From Anaerolineales bacterium (GTDB lineage Bacteria > Chloroflexota > Anaerolineae > JAAEKA01), in NCBI GenBank assembly GCA_020634615.1, contig JACKBI010000015.1, forward strand, positions 100,230 to 164,229: a DNA stretch of 64,000 nucleotides, given 5' to 3'. Made by a program: the position numbers and the translations under genes. Below, one piece after another: positions 18,433-28,364 of the stretch (the first letter of the stretch is position 1; the number at the start of each line of letters is the position of its first letter). Below the pieces are notes generated by a model, which worked only from the letters and a program-made list of their open reading frames with translations, was not told the origin of the DNA and did not search any database.

Positions 18433-19257
18433 ATGCAAAACCTGCGCCAGATTCCTTCACTCATGGGCAAACCACAGCCGCACCTGGCCGGCGAGCCGAT
18501 TCTCGCGCTGCGTGATGTTTCGGCGCGCTACAACGGCCGCTTTGCCCTGCAGGACATTTCGTTCGACCTGATCGCGGGCGAGCAGGTGGCGGTGGTCGGT
18601 CCTAACGGCGCGGGCAAGAGCACACTGTTCAAGGTCATCGCCGGCGTGCTGCCCAGCAGCGGCGGTGAAGTCACAGTGGCCGGCAGCGGGCCGGGCAAAC
18701 ATATCTGCATCGCCTATGTGCCACAGCGCAGCCAGGTGGACTGGACATTCCCCGTCGACGTAGCCGATGTTGTGATGATGGGACGCATTGGCCGTTTGGG
18801 GCTGTTTCGCCGACCCAAACGACTCGACTGGGACTATGTGCATCAGTCGCTGGCCGTGGTTGGCATGTCAGAGTTTGCCGAACGCCAGATCGGTGAGCTG
18901 TCCGGCGGCCAGCAGCAGCGCGTCTTCATTGCCCGCGCGCTGGCCCAGGAGGCAGAGCTGATGCTGATGGACGAACCGCTGACCGGGCTGGATGTGCGCT
19001 CTCAGGAGGACATCTTTGCCGTGCTGGACGAACTACGCGCCCGCGGCGTCACGGTAATGATTGCCACCCACGACCTCAACCTGGCTGCGGAGCGCTTCGA
19101 CCGGGTGATGCTGCTCAACGGCCGGCTGCTGGGCTTTGGCCGGTCCGAAACAGTATTCACCTCAGAACGCCTCCTGAGCGCCTACGGCGGTCACATCCGC
19201 ATGCTGGACACCGGCGACGGAACCCTGATCGTCAACGACACCTGCTGCGACCCGTAA
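18433..19257 (+). CDS. znuC: Zinc/manganese ABC transporter ATP-binding protein
   Basis: Walker A GPNGAGKST; signature LSGGQQQRV. The start is at MQNLRQ; the ORF track's upstream extension overlaps fur. Confidence 0.85.
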   Translation: MQNLRQIPSLMGKPQPHLAGEPILALRDVSARYNGRFALQDISFDLIAGEQVAVVGPNGAGKSTLFKVIAGVLPSSGGEVTVAGSGPGKHICIAYVPQRSQVDWTFPVDVADVVMMGRIGRLGLFRRPKRLDWDYVHQSLAVVGMSEFAERQIGELSGGQQQRVFIARALAQEAELMLMDEPLTGLDVRSQEDIFAVLDELRARGVTVMIATHDLNLAAERFDRVMLLNGRLLGFGRSETVFTSERLLSAYGGHIRMLDTGDGTLIVNDTCCDP

Positions 19258-19360
19258 GCAGTGATCAGTGATCAGTAGACAGTAAACAGTAGGCACGGGT
19301 CAGAGGACCGCGCTGATTACAAGGTTCTGATTACTGAATACTGGTTACTGGTTACTGGTC
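19258..19360. repeat. Heptamer-repeat hairpin element, family C, copy 2 (intra-operonic)
   Basis: cagtgatcagtgatcagtagacagtaaacagtag…ctgattacaaggttctgattactgaatactggttactggttactgg. Confidence 0.7.
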
Positions 19361-19371
19361 ACTTCCCGCCC

Positions 19372-20232
19372 ATGCCCAACCTGCTTAATTTTTTCCTCGA
19401 ACCTCTCTCCTACCCCTTCATGGTGCGCGGCATGGCCGCGGCGGTGATCGTGGGGATCGTCTGCGCGCTGGTAGGCAGCTACGTGATCCTGCGCGGCATG
19501 GCCTTCTTCGGCGACGCACTGGCCCATGCGATCCTGCCGGGCGTCGCGATCGGCTATCTGATCAGCGGCGCTGCCAGCGCATCGCTGTTCTGGTGGGGGC
19601 TGGTGACTGCCATCCTGACCGCGGTGGGTATCGGTGCGATCAGCAAGGGCGCACAGCTTAAGGAGGATACGGCCATCGGCATCGTCTTTGCCGGCATGTT
19701 TGCGCTGGGCATCGCGCTGATCTCGACCATGCGCAGCTACACCGTCGATCTGGTGCACCTGCTCTTTGGCAACGTGTTGGGGGTGACAACTGCCAGCCTG
19801 TTGTTGACAGCCGTCTTCGGTGGGCTGGTCGTGTTGATCATCATCGCCTTCTACAAAGAATTCCTGGTCATCTCCTTCGATCCGGTGCTGGCCGAAACAT
19901 TGCGGCTTCCGACCGAAGCGCTGCGCTACCTGTTGCTGATGCTGATCGCCGTAACCATCGTAGTCTCGCTGCAGACGGTGGGCGTTGCGCTGATGCTGGC
20001 CATGCTGGTGACGCCCGCCGCGACCGCCTACCTGCTGACCCGCCGTCTGCCGACCATGATGGCCGTGGCTGCCTTGATCGGCGCGATCTCAGGTGTCGTC
20101 GGTCTGTACCTGTCCTATTACATCAGCATCGCCTCGGGCGCCGCCATCGTGCTGGTCTGCACGGGCATTTTCCTCGTCGTCGCGCTCTTCGCCCCACAGC
20201 GCGGCTGGGTCTGGCGAATGCGCCCGGCCTGA
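19372..20232 (+). CDS. znuB: Metal ABC transporter permease (ABC-3 family)
   Basis: A polytopic membrane protein of 286 aa typical of ZnuB/MntB. Confidence 0.85.
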   Translation: MPNLLNFFLEPLSYPFMVRGMAAAVIVGIVCALVGSYVILRGMAFFGDALAHAILPGVAIGYLISGAASASLFWWGLVTAILTAVGIGAISKGAQLKEDTAIGIVFAGMFALGIALISTMRSYTVDLVHLLFGNVLGVTTASLLLTAVFGGLVVLIIIAFYKEFLVISFDPVLAETLRLPTEALRYLLLMLIAVTIVVSLQTVGVALMLAMLVTPAATAYLLTRRLPTMMAVAALIGAISGVVGLYLSYYISIASGAAIVLVCTGIFLVVALFAPQRGWVWRMRPA

Positions 20233-20246
20233 TCGGCAATAACACC

Positions 20247-21383
20247 GTGAGCCATATTGTTGTCAACGGCTGGTTTTGGGGACAGATGAACACCGGATCG
20301 GGGCAGTATCTGCACGGTCTGGCAGAACATCTGCCCGCGGCTGCTCCCGATCATCGCTTCACACTGGTGCTCCCCTCGGCCAGCGAGAACGACGCGCCAG
20401 CGGGCTGGCAGGTGGTGATCGCGCCGCCAGCCGCTCGTCGGCTCAGCGAGAACCTGGCCAAGCTGTGGTTCGAGCAGGTGACCTTCCCGCGCGCCTGTCG
20501 CCGTCTTGCTGCGGGTATCGCCTTCGTGCCATATTGGGGATCACCGTGGCAGCGTCCCTGCCGGACCGTTGTCACCGTCCACGATATCATCCCGTTGTTG
20601 CTGCCTGCCTACCGCGGTGGCAGCTTACAGCGCGCCTACACGTGGCTGGTGAGCCGGACAGCCCGCCGGGCGCACCTCGTTCTCACCGACAGCGAAGCCA
20701 GCCGGCGTGACATCACCGAACACCTTGGCATCGCGCCGGGTCTGGTCCACGCGGTGCTGCTGGCTGCCGATGAGTCGTTCCGCCCGGTTGCCGACCCGGC
20801 TGAACTGGCGCGGGTACGCGCCAGATACGCGCTGCCCGACCGATTCATCCTCTATCTGGGCGGGTTTGATGTGCGCAAGAACGTACCGCGACTGATCCAG
20901 GCCTATGCCCGCTGGAGTCGACAAGAGTTGCCAACTTTCGGAAAAGTTGGCAACTCTGAAGCGCCACATCTCGTCATCGCCGGCAAGCTGCCCGCGGCTG
21001 ACACGTCGTTCACCCCCGACCCGCGCCGGGTGGCCACCGAAGAAGGGGTCGCCGATCAGGTTCACTTCACCGGCTGGGTGGACGAGGCCGACAAACCGGC
21101 GCTGTACAGCCTGGCCAGCCTGTTCGCCTTTCCGTCGCTCTACGAAGGCTTTGGCCTGCCGGCCGCAGAAGCCGCTGCCTGCGGCACGCCTGTGCTGACA
21201 TCCAACCGTTCCTCGCTGCCCGAGGCCGCGCCCAGCGCGATCCTGGTCGATCCAGAAGATGTGAATGCCATAGCGACCGGCCTCAATGAAAGTCTGCGAT
21301 TGCCGCGAAGCATTGGTCCCGCTGCCTCGCGCACCTGGAAAGACACGACGCACAAGACTCTGCAAGTTCTCTTGACACCTTGA
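20247..21383 (+). CDS. Glycosyltransferase family 4
   Basis: GT-B C-terminal motif EGFGLPAAEAAACGTPVLTS. Confidence 0.75.
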   Translation: MSHIVVNGWFWGQMNTGSGQYLHGLAEHLPAAAPDHRFTLVLPSASENDAPAGWQVVIAPPAARRLSENLAKLWFEQVTFPRACRRLAAGIAFVPYWGSPWQRPCRTVVTVHDIIPLLLPAYRGGSLQRAYTWLVSRTARRAHLVLTDSEASRRDITEHLGIAPGLVHAVLLAADESFRPVADPAELARVRARYALPDRFILYLGGFDVRKNVPRLIQAYARWSRQELPTFGKVGNSEAPHLVIAGKLPAADTSFTPDPRRVATEEGVADQVHFTGWVDEADKPALYSLASLFAFPSLYEGFGLPAAEAAACGTPVLTSNRSSLPEAAPSAILVDPEDVNAIATGLNESLRLPRSIGPAASRTWKDTTHKTLQVLLTP

Positions 21384-21475
21384 ACGATGTGCTATAAGAT
21401 GCCGTATACGATACCCATGTGTTATTTTGGTGAAAATGCATCTGCTCCGGAAGGAGTGACAGGAGAAAACGCATC

Positions 21476-21895
21476 ATGGCCCGCTACCCCCTCAATCTAC
21501 CTGTGGTTCTCAAGCAAGAGGCTGAGCAGCTTGCCGCCGATCAGGGCGTTTCCCTGAACCAGTTCATCCTGTGGGCGGTCTCCGAAAAGGTCGGCAGCTT
21601 GCGGCAACAGTTGGATGATCCGGCTTTTCCGCAAGTGACCTACCGCCGCGGGGCCAGCGGGATGCCGGTGGCGGTTGTGCGCGGTACCGGTTTGCGCGTC
21701 GAAGCAGTCGCCATTGCTGTAGAGCAGTGGGGACTGTCACCGGCCGAAGCAGCCGCAGAATACGGGCTGGCCGAAGCGCAGATCGCCGATGCGCTGGCGT
21801 TCAGCCGTGCCCACCGGGCTGAGATCGAAGCTTCTATGGCGGTTGAGACGAGTCTGGAGGCCACCATGGTCAGGGCAGCGCATGTCGCTGCCTAA
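21476..21895 (+). CDS. DUF433 domain protein with an N-terminal HicB/CopG-like region (putative antitoxin)
   Basis: The C terminus (TYRRGASGMPVAVVRGTGLRVEAVAIAVEQWGLSPAEAAAEYGLAEAQIADALAF) matches the DUF433 pattern. Confidence 0.65.
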   Translation: MARYPLNLPVVLKQEAEQLAADQGVSLNQFILWAVSEKVGSLRQQLDDPAFPQVTYRRGASGMPVAVVRGTGLRVEAVAIAVEQWGLSPAEAAAEYGLAEAQIADALAFSRAHRAEIEASMAVETSLEATMVRAAHVAA

Positions 21896-22247
21896 GCTCC
21901 ATCTCGACGCCGATACCTCAATCCGTGCGCTTCAGCAGGCACTGGTGGCACGCGGCCACGACGTCACAAGGACTCCAAATCCCTGGATGCCGCACGACGC
22001 GTCCGATCGCAGCCAGTTGCTGGGCGCCAGCGCACAAGGGCGTGTCATTTTCACGTTCAACGTGCGTGACTTTCTTGCTCTGGCGCAGGTATATCAACAA
22101 CATGCCGGAATCGTACTGGCCGCCCAGCAGAGCTGGAGCATTTCGGATCTGATTGCAACACTTGATCGGCTCTTGTCAGAAACGAATGCAACTGACTGGA
22201 TCGGCCAGGTCCGCTGGCTCAACCAATGGCGCGACAAGCTCCCGTAA
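21880..22247 (+). CDS. DUF5615 (PIN/Mut7-C-like) protein, putative toxin partner of DUF433
   Basis: LHLDADTS…GHDV…PHDASD…GRVIFTFNVRDF. It overlaps the upstream gene by 16 nt. Confidence 0.6.
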
Positions 22248-22270
22248 CTCACTTGCTGCAAAGGCTCACC

Positions 22271-23170
22271 ATGACCGCTTACCTCGCTCTCGAATCGACC
22301 CTTATTTCCCACGGATTGCCCTATCCGCAGAATCTGGAGACTGCCCGTCGCCTGGAGGCGATTGCGCGCGAATCCGGCGCCGAGCCGCGGACTGTGGCGG
22401 TGATCAATGGTCAATTGCGCGCCGGACTGACGGGGGAGGAATTGGAATGTCTGGCCAGCACAGCAGGCGTGCGCAAGCTCTCACGCCGCGACCTGCCCAT
22501 CGCGGTCGCACGCGGTTGGACCGGCGCGACCACCGTCGCCACGACGATGTGGATCGCCGCGCAACACGGCATCCGCGTCTTCAGCACCGGCGGAATCGGC
22601 GGGGTACACAGGTTACAAGTGGCAAGTGGCAGGTGGCAGGTTGCTGGCGGCGCGATTGCAGCGGATGTTTCCGCGGATTTGCCTGAACTTGCGCAGACGC
22701 CGGTGGCTGTAATATGCGCTGGCGCCAAGGCGATCCTCGATCTGCCGGCGACGCTGGAATACCTGGAGACGTGGGGAGTGCCAGTAGTCGGCTACGGCAC
22801 CGATGAGTTCCCGGCCTTTTACACGCGGTGCAGCGGCCTGCCGGTCGATGTGCGCGTCGATACGCCAGAGGAAGCCGCTGCCATCATCGAGGCCAAGCGC
22901 AAGCTTGGGCTGCCCGGCGGCGTGCTGATCTGCGCACCGGTGCCGGCAGAGTTCGAGTTGCCCGCTGACGAAGCCAACGCGGCCATCGAGCAGGCGCTGG
23001 CTGAGGCCGACGAACAGGGCGTGCGCGGCAAGGAGATTACACCATTCCTGCTGGCCCGCATCGTCCAACTGACCGGTGAGCGCAGCCTGCGTGCCAATCT
23101 GGCACTTTTGGAAAACAACGTGCGCGTTGGCGCACAGATCGCGAAAGCGCTTGCTGCAATCACGTCATAG
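22271..23170 (+). CDS. psuG: Pseudouridine-5'-phosphate glycosidase
   Basis: MTAYLALESTLISHGLPYPQN…, an indigoidine synthase A-like fold. Confidence 0.85.
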   Translation: MTAYLALESTLISHGLPYPQNLETARRLEAIARESGAEPRTVAVINGQLRAGLTGEELECLASTAGVRKLSRRDLPIAVARGWTGATTVATTMWIAAQHGIRVFSTGGIGGVHRLQVASGRWQVAGGAIAADVSADLPELAQTPVAVICAGAKAILDLPATLEYLETWGVPVVGYGTDEFPAFYTRCSGLPVDVRVDTPEEAAAIIEAKRKLGLPGGVLICAPVPAEFELPADEANAAIEQALAEADEQGVRGKEITPFLLARIVQLTGERSLRANLALLENNVRVGAQIAKALAAITS

Positions 23171-23174
23171 TGGC

Positions 23175-23262
23175 CGGACTTCGGAAGTCGCCGCTTGATA
23201 GTGACAATCGGTTTCACGCGTTCAAACGGCCTTCGTTACGCAACCAGCAACTTCCGAAGTCT
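23175..23262. repeat. Family-B palindromic element, copy 2 (between convergent genes)
   Basis: ggacttcggaagtcgccgc…N50…caacttccgaagtctgc. Confidence 0.65.
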
Positions 23263-23264
23263 GC

Positions 23265-24272
23265 TCAGAACGCCTCCACCCACGTCCGCCACAGCTTCAC
23301 TCGCTGCGGATCAAAGGGCAGATAGAACGTCACCCGGTCCAGCAGACCGACGTAACGCATTTTCACAAGATAGGGGAGTTCTTCCGGCTGACCCTCGACC
23401 GCAAACTGCGCCAGGATGTCGTCGCTGATCAGCGCTGGCATCTCGCTCCAGCGCTGGCGGATGGCCAGACTGCTCAAGCGCTCGCGGATTTCGCCCCAGC
23501 CGTGCAGTTCCATCACCTTGCTGTAGCTGGGCGTCGACGCGTAGAACGAGACCTGGCTGCGGATCTCCTCGCGCATCCGGGCCATCTCTTCAGCCGTCTC
23601 GCCGGTGATGACGAAGATGCTGCTGGACAGCGCGAGGTCGCTGCGCCTGCGGCCTGACTTTTCCAGACCGTCCTGCACGTTGGGCATGATCTGCTCGCGC
23701 AGATAACGGGTGGTGTGGAAGGGATGGACGTGCAGCCCCTGGCACAGCTCGCCGGCCAGTTGGCACATCTGCGCGTTGACCGCGGCGATGTAGACGGGTA
23801 TCTGTGGCCGGTCGATGGGGCCGGGGCTGAAGAAGGGCGCCATCAGCGTCAGCTTGTAGTACTCGCCGCGGAAATTGAGCCGGCCGCCGGTTTGCCACGA
23901 CTCCCAGACGGCGCGCATGGCCAGAATGAACTCACGCAGGCGCGCGGCGGGCGGCCCCCAGGGCATGCCGAAACGGCGCTCGATGTGCGCCTGCACCTGC
24001 GTGCCCAGACCGAGGATGAAGCGTCCGTTGGAGGCGGCCTGCAAGTCCCACGCCAGATAAGCGGTCGAGGCCGGGTTGCGGGCGAACGCGACCGCGATGG
24101 CCGTGCCCAAGCCAATGCGCTCCGTGTTCAGCGCAGCAACGCCCAGTGGCAAAAAGGGGTCGTGTTGCGTCTCGCTGGTCCAGAGCGTGTCGAAACCCAG
24201 CGACTCAGCAGCCTGCGCCAGTTCCGCCGCTTCGCGCAGTCCAGTAGTCATCAGCGCAACGTCTAGTTTCAT
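23265..24272 (-). CDS. LLM-class (luciferase-like) flavin/F420-dependent oxidoreductase
   Basis: TIM-barrel LLM signatures (GFDTLWTSETQHDPFLPL…). 335 aa. Confidence 0.8.
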   Translation of the reverse strand: MKLDVALMTTGLREAAELAQAAESLGFDTLWTSETQHDPFLPLGVAALNTERIGLGTAIAVAFARNPASTAYLAWDLQAASNGRFILGLGTQVQAHIERRFGMPWGPPAARLREFILAMRAVWESWQTGGRLNFRGEYYKLTLMAPFFSPGPIDRPQIPVYIAAVNAQMCQLAGELCQGLHVHPFHTTRYLREQIMPNVQDGLEKSGRRRSDLALSSSIFVITGETAEEMARMREEIRSQVSFYASTPSYSKVMELHGWGEIRERLSSLAIRQRWSEMPALISDDILAQFAVEGQPEELPYLVKMRYVGLLDRVTFYLPFDPQRVKLWRTWVEAF

Positions 24273-24304
24273 TTCAACTCTTTTCTGTTTTCATGTGACC
24301 AGCG

Positions 24305-24895
24305 TCAATCACCCGAGAGCAACACACCGGCCGAAAGCACACCGACGTACGGCAGATTGCGATACAGTTGGCGATAATCCAGGCCGTAGCCGACCACGTA
24401 GCGGTCCGGCAGTTCGAAGCCGACGTAGCGCAGCGGCAGGTTAAACAGCCGCAGCCGCGGCTTGTTGAACATGGTGCAGACATGCAGGCTGGACGGCTGA
24501 CGATCGCGCAGCAGGCGCAGCATGTAGTTGAGCGACAGCCCCGTGTCCACCATGTCCTCGACGAACAACACGTGACGGCCCGCGACGTCGATCTCCAGGT
24601 CTTTGGTGATGCGCACCGGGCGCTGCACACCAGACTCGGCGCGCGCGCCGTAACTGGTGATCGCCAGAAAGTCGATCTGGAGCGGGATGCTAATCGTGCG
24701 CACCAGGTCCGCCATGAACAGCGTCACCCCGCGCAGCGCGCCGACCAGCAACGGGTCCAGTCCCGCGTAGTCGGCGGAGATCGCCGCGCCAAGCTGCACA
24801 ACCCGCTGTTGGATCTGGTCCGCGGTCAACAGCACCTCCGCAACCGCGCCGGTCTCCACAACACGCCGCTGATCAACTTCCAGCACGCCGCTCAT
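24305..24895 (-). CDS. hpt: Hypoxanthine phosphoribosyltransferase
   Basis: PRPP-binding motif VLFVEDMVDTGLSL. Confidence 0.85.
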   Translation of the reverse strand: MSGVLEVDQRRVVETGAVAEVLLTADQIQQRVVQLGAAISADYAGLDPLLVGALRGVTLFMADLVRTISIPLQIDFLAITSYGARAESGVQRPVRITKDLEIDVAGRHVLFVEDMVDTGLSLNYMLRLLRDRQPSSLHVCTMFNKPRLRLFNLPLRYVGFELPDRYVVGYGLDYRQLYRNLPYVGVLSAGVLLSGD

Positions 24896-24904
24896 CCGCT
24901 ACCC

Positions 24905-25318
24905 TCACCCGTGTTCAAGCCCAATTTCCTCATTTCCCTCGTTTCCCTGTCCCTCCGTCCCAATCCACGGGACGCGCGCCAGATCGTCCAGACCGTGCTT
25001 GGCCAGCAGTTGCCGGAAGTCACTGCGTTTGTAGAGCTTGATGTTAACCTCGGGATACTGCTCCGCCAGCCAGCGGATCTTGCGGTTCTTGCGCCGCACC
25101 TGCTTGGGCCGCATCGTCGTGATTTCGACAAAGAGATCCTCGTCGGGCAGGTAGAAGTCAGGGGTGAAAGCCACCGCGGGATTGCCGTCCTGATCCGCAC
25201 GCAACACGAAGGTGCGCGGCTCGTATTCCCAGCGCACGCCATAGAAATCCAGCAGCCGCGCGAACTCCTCCTCCGCGGCGTGGGCAAAGGCGGGCAAAGA
25301 CGGTGGGATGTCGGGCAT
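24905..25318 (-). CDS. Hypothetical protein with a possible PD-(D/E)xK-like motif
   Basis: FTPDFYLPDEDLFVEITTMRPK. It is divergent from the Lon-like protease gene. The start is uncertain. Confidence 0.35.
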   Translation of the reverse strand: MPDIPPSLPAFAHAAEEEFARLLDFYGVRWEYEPRTFVLRADQDGNPAVAFTPDFYLPDEDLFVEITTMRPKQVRRKNRKIRWLAEQYPEVNIKLYKRSDFRQLLAKHGLDDLARVPWIGTEGQGNEGNEEIGLEHG

Positions 25319-25721
25319 CACAGGTTGGAGGTGGCGTCTTTCAGGGTGCACTATGAGTGATGAAACGAAGCGCCATGGCGGGGGATTTGAGAAACAATGA
25401 TGGGCGTCGTCGTTGTTACAGGTCGAAAATCTCTGGCACGTGCTCGTCTTCGTACTTTTCGATCAACACGCCAAGCACCTCCATCAACGACGCCAGCGGA
25501 TGTGCTTCGTTCTCGCCTACTTCGTCGATCAGGTTGTCAAGAAGAAAAACGGCCTCTTTATACTCTTGTTCAGTGTGCGGTACCATATGCGGCAGATTAT
25601 AACACAGCCCCAGACGCGCACCAACTCGTTTTGTTGGCCCTTGCCGCTATGGTACAATCGTCGCGGGCCACGCGTGGCCTGCGAGCTTCTTCGATCCGGT
25701 ATCCCACCGAGGTACATCTTT

Positions 25722-28310
25722 ATGCCAATCACCCCCCGCGAGTTGAGCGCGGAACAACTGCGCCGCCTGTGCTCGCCTGACGATCTGTCTTTCCAGTCCA
25801 CCGCTGAGCTGGAACTGCTGGATGACATCATCGGCCAGGAACGGGCGACGCGCGCCATCGAGTTCGGGCTGGACATCCCCTATTACGGCTACAACATCTT
25901 CGCCCTCGGCCCGTCGGGCGCCGGCAAGACGACCACGATTACCCAATACCTGGAGCGCAAGGCGGCCACCCTGCCGATCCCCAACGACTGGGCCTACGTC
26001 AACGACTTCGAGCGGCCGGATGAACCCAAGGCGCTGCGGCTGCCGCCCGGCGGCGGTGCGAAGCTGCGCGACCGGTTCGACCAACTGCTGGATGAGCTGG
26101 AGGAGTTGCTACCCAAGGCCTTTGAGAGCGAGAACTACGAACAGCACCGCAAGGAGATGGTCCAGGAGTTGGACGAGCGGCGGCAGCGGGTGGTGGAAGC
26201 CATGGAGGCAAGCGCGCGCAGCCAGGGCTTTGCGATCATCGAGACGCCGACCGGGCTGCTCTTTGCGCCGCTGATCGACGGCAAGGCCGCCACCCGCGAG
26301 CAGTTTGAGCAGCTACCGGAGGAGCAACGCAACGCGTTGGAGGCTGCCGAGCCGGCGCTGGTCGAGCAGATGGAGAAGACGCTGCGCGAGGTAAAAACCA
26401 TTAACGACGAGGCCATCAGCCGCTTGCAGCACCTTGACAGGGAGATCGCGGCGGCAACCCTTGGTCCGGGCTTCGATGAGCTGAAAGAGCAGTACGCCGA
26501 GTGGGACGACATACTCACGTATCTCGAAGACGTGCGCCAGCATATCGCCCACCACGTCGACCGGTTCAAGTCCCAGACCGATGACGGCGAAGCGCCTGCC
26601 AGCGATATCCCGGCAGCGCTGCTGCTGCGCCCGCCCGAGTCGCTCTTCGACAACTACCAGATCAACGTCGTGGTTGATCATCAGCACAGGCGGGGCGCGC
26701 CGGTGATCGTCGAAACCAATCCGACCTACTACAACCTGGTGGGCCGCATCGAGCACGAAGCCGAGTTCGGCGCGCTGATCACCGACTCCAGCATGATCAA
26801 GGGTGGGTCGCTGTTGCAGGCCAACGGCGGCTTCCTGGTGGTCGACGCGCGCGCACTGCTGCGCCAACCGCTGGCCTTCGAAGCGCTCAAGCGCTCGCTG
26901 CGCCATAAGCAGGTCAGGATCGAAGAGTTGAGCGAGCAACTCAGCGTGGTCGCCACCACCAGCCTCAGCCCGCAGCCGATCCCGCTGAACGTCAAGGTCA
27001 TCCTGATCGGCGACCCGTACACCTATTACCTGCTCTACGCCTACGACGACGAGTTCCAGAAGCTGTTCAAGGTGCGGGCCGACTTTGCCAGCGAAATGAC
27101 GTGGAACGATGAAAACACGGTCAAGATCGCCCGATTTATCCGTACACGCTCCGAAGAAGAGGGACTGCGGGCGTTCGACCTGACCGGCGTCGCCAAGGTG
27201 GTCGAGCACGCCGGCCGGCTGGTGGAGGATCAACGCAAGCTGACAACACGCTTCGCCGACGTGGCCGACGTCATCCGTGAGGCCGACTACTGGGCAGGCA
27301 AGGCCGGCCACACGCTGGTAACCGGCGCCGATGTGGAACGGGCCATCGAGGAACGCCGTTATCGCTCCGGCCAGGTGGAGGAGCGGGTACGCGAGGCGAT
27401 CGTCGACGGCACGATCATGATCGATGTCGACGGGGCGGTGGTCGGGCAGGTCAACGGGCTGGCGGTGCTGATGCTGGGCGACCACATGTTTGGCAAGCCG
27501 TCGCGCATTACCGCGAAAACTTTCCTGGGCCAGGCCGGCGTGGTCAACATCGAGCGCGAGGCCCGACTGAGCGGCAAGATCCACGACAAAGGGATGCTGA
27601 TCATCAACGGCTTCCTGGGCGGCCGCTATGCATTGAACAAGCCGCTGAGCTTGACGGCGACCATCACCTTCGAGCAGAACTACGACGGCATCGACGGCGA
27701 CAGCGCCAGTTCCACCGAGATCTACGCGCTGCTGTCATCGCTCAGCGGGCTACCCATCAAACAGAGCATCGCCGTCACCGGTTCGGTCAACCAGCACGGC
27801 GAGATCCAGGCCATCGGCGGCGCAACAGACAAGATCGAGGGCTTCTTCGACATCTGCAAGGAAAAGGGGCTGACCGGCGCGCAGGGCGTCATCATCCCGC
27901 AGGCCAACGTCAACAGCCTGATGCTGCGCGAGGATGTCGTCCAGGCGGTCGCCGACGGCCAGTTCCACATCTACCCCGTGCGCACCGTGGACGAGGGCAT
28001 CGCGATCCTGACCGGCGTCGAGGCCGGCGAGCGTGGCGAGGATGGCAAGTTCCCCAAGGAGACGGTCAATCGGCTGGTGGACGACGGGCTGCGCAAGCTG
28101 GCCAAGCGACTGAAGACCTTTGGTCGGCCGCCCAAGAAAAAGGGCGACGAGGAAGCGCCTGTCGAGGAAAACGGCGAGGAGTCCGACGAAGACGAGACGC
28201 CGGAAGTGCCAGGCGAACCGGGCCTGCCCGGCGATACGATCGACGGCATCGGCGATGACCCCGAACAGCCTGATGGCGGACCGGAGCCACCCGAAGACCT
28301 TGAGGATTAA
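25722..28310 (+). CDS. Lon-like protease (LonC type): AAA+-like domain with a large helical insertion, S16 peptidase domain and an acidic C-terminal tail
   Basis: Walker A GPSGAGKTT; S16 catalytic region GDSASSTEIYALLSSL…K; tail rich in D, E and P. Confidence 0.8.
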   Translation: MPITPRELSAEQLRRLCSPDDLSFQSTAELELLDDIIGQERATRAIEFGLDIPYYGYNIFALGPSGAGKTTTITQYLERKAATLPIPNDWAYVNDFERPDEPKALRLPPGGGAKLRDRFDQLLDELEELLPKAFESENYEQHRKEMVQELDERRQRVVEAMEASARSQGFAIIETPTGLLFAPLIDGKAATREQFEQLPEEQRNALEAAEPALVEQMEKTLREVKTINDEAISRLQHLDREIAAATLGPGFDELKEQYAEWDDILTYLEDVRQHIAHHVDRFKSQTDDGEAPASDIPAALLLRPPESLFDNYQINVVVDHQHRRGAPVIVETNPTYYNLVGRIEHEAEFGALITDSSMIKGGSLLQANGGFLVVDARALLRQPLAFEALKRSLRHKQVRIEELSEQLSVVATTSLSPQPIPLNVKVILIGDPYTYYLLYAYDDEFQKLFKVRADFASEMTWNDENTVKIARFIRTRSEEEGLRAFDLTGVAKVVEHAGRLVEDQRKLTTRFADVADVIREADYWAGKAGHTLVTGADVERAIEERRYRSGQVEERVREAIVDGTIMIDVDGAVVGQVNGLAVLMLGDHMFGKPSRITAKTFLGQAGVVNIEREARLSGKIHDKGMLIINGFLGGRYALNKPLSLTATITFEQNYDGIDGDSASSTEIYALLSSLSGLPIKQSIAVTGSVNQHGEIQAIGGATDKIEGFFDICKEKGLTGAQGVIIPQANVNSLMLREDVVQAVADGQFHIYPVRTVDEGIAILTGVEAGERGEDGKFPKETVNRLVDDGLRKLAKRLKTFGRPPKKKGDEEAPVEENGEESDEDETPEVPGEPGLPGDTIDGIGDDPEQPDGGPEPPEDLED

Positions 28311-28364
28311 CATGACAGCGCCGCTTGCTGCCTGCACACCGACCCCGAAACTCCAGCAACGACC

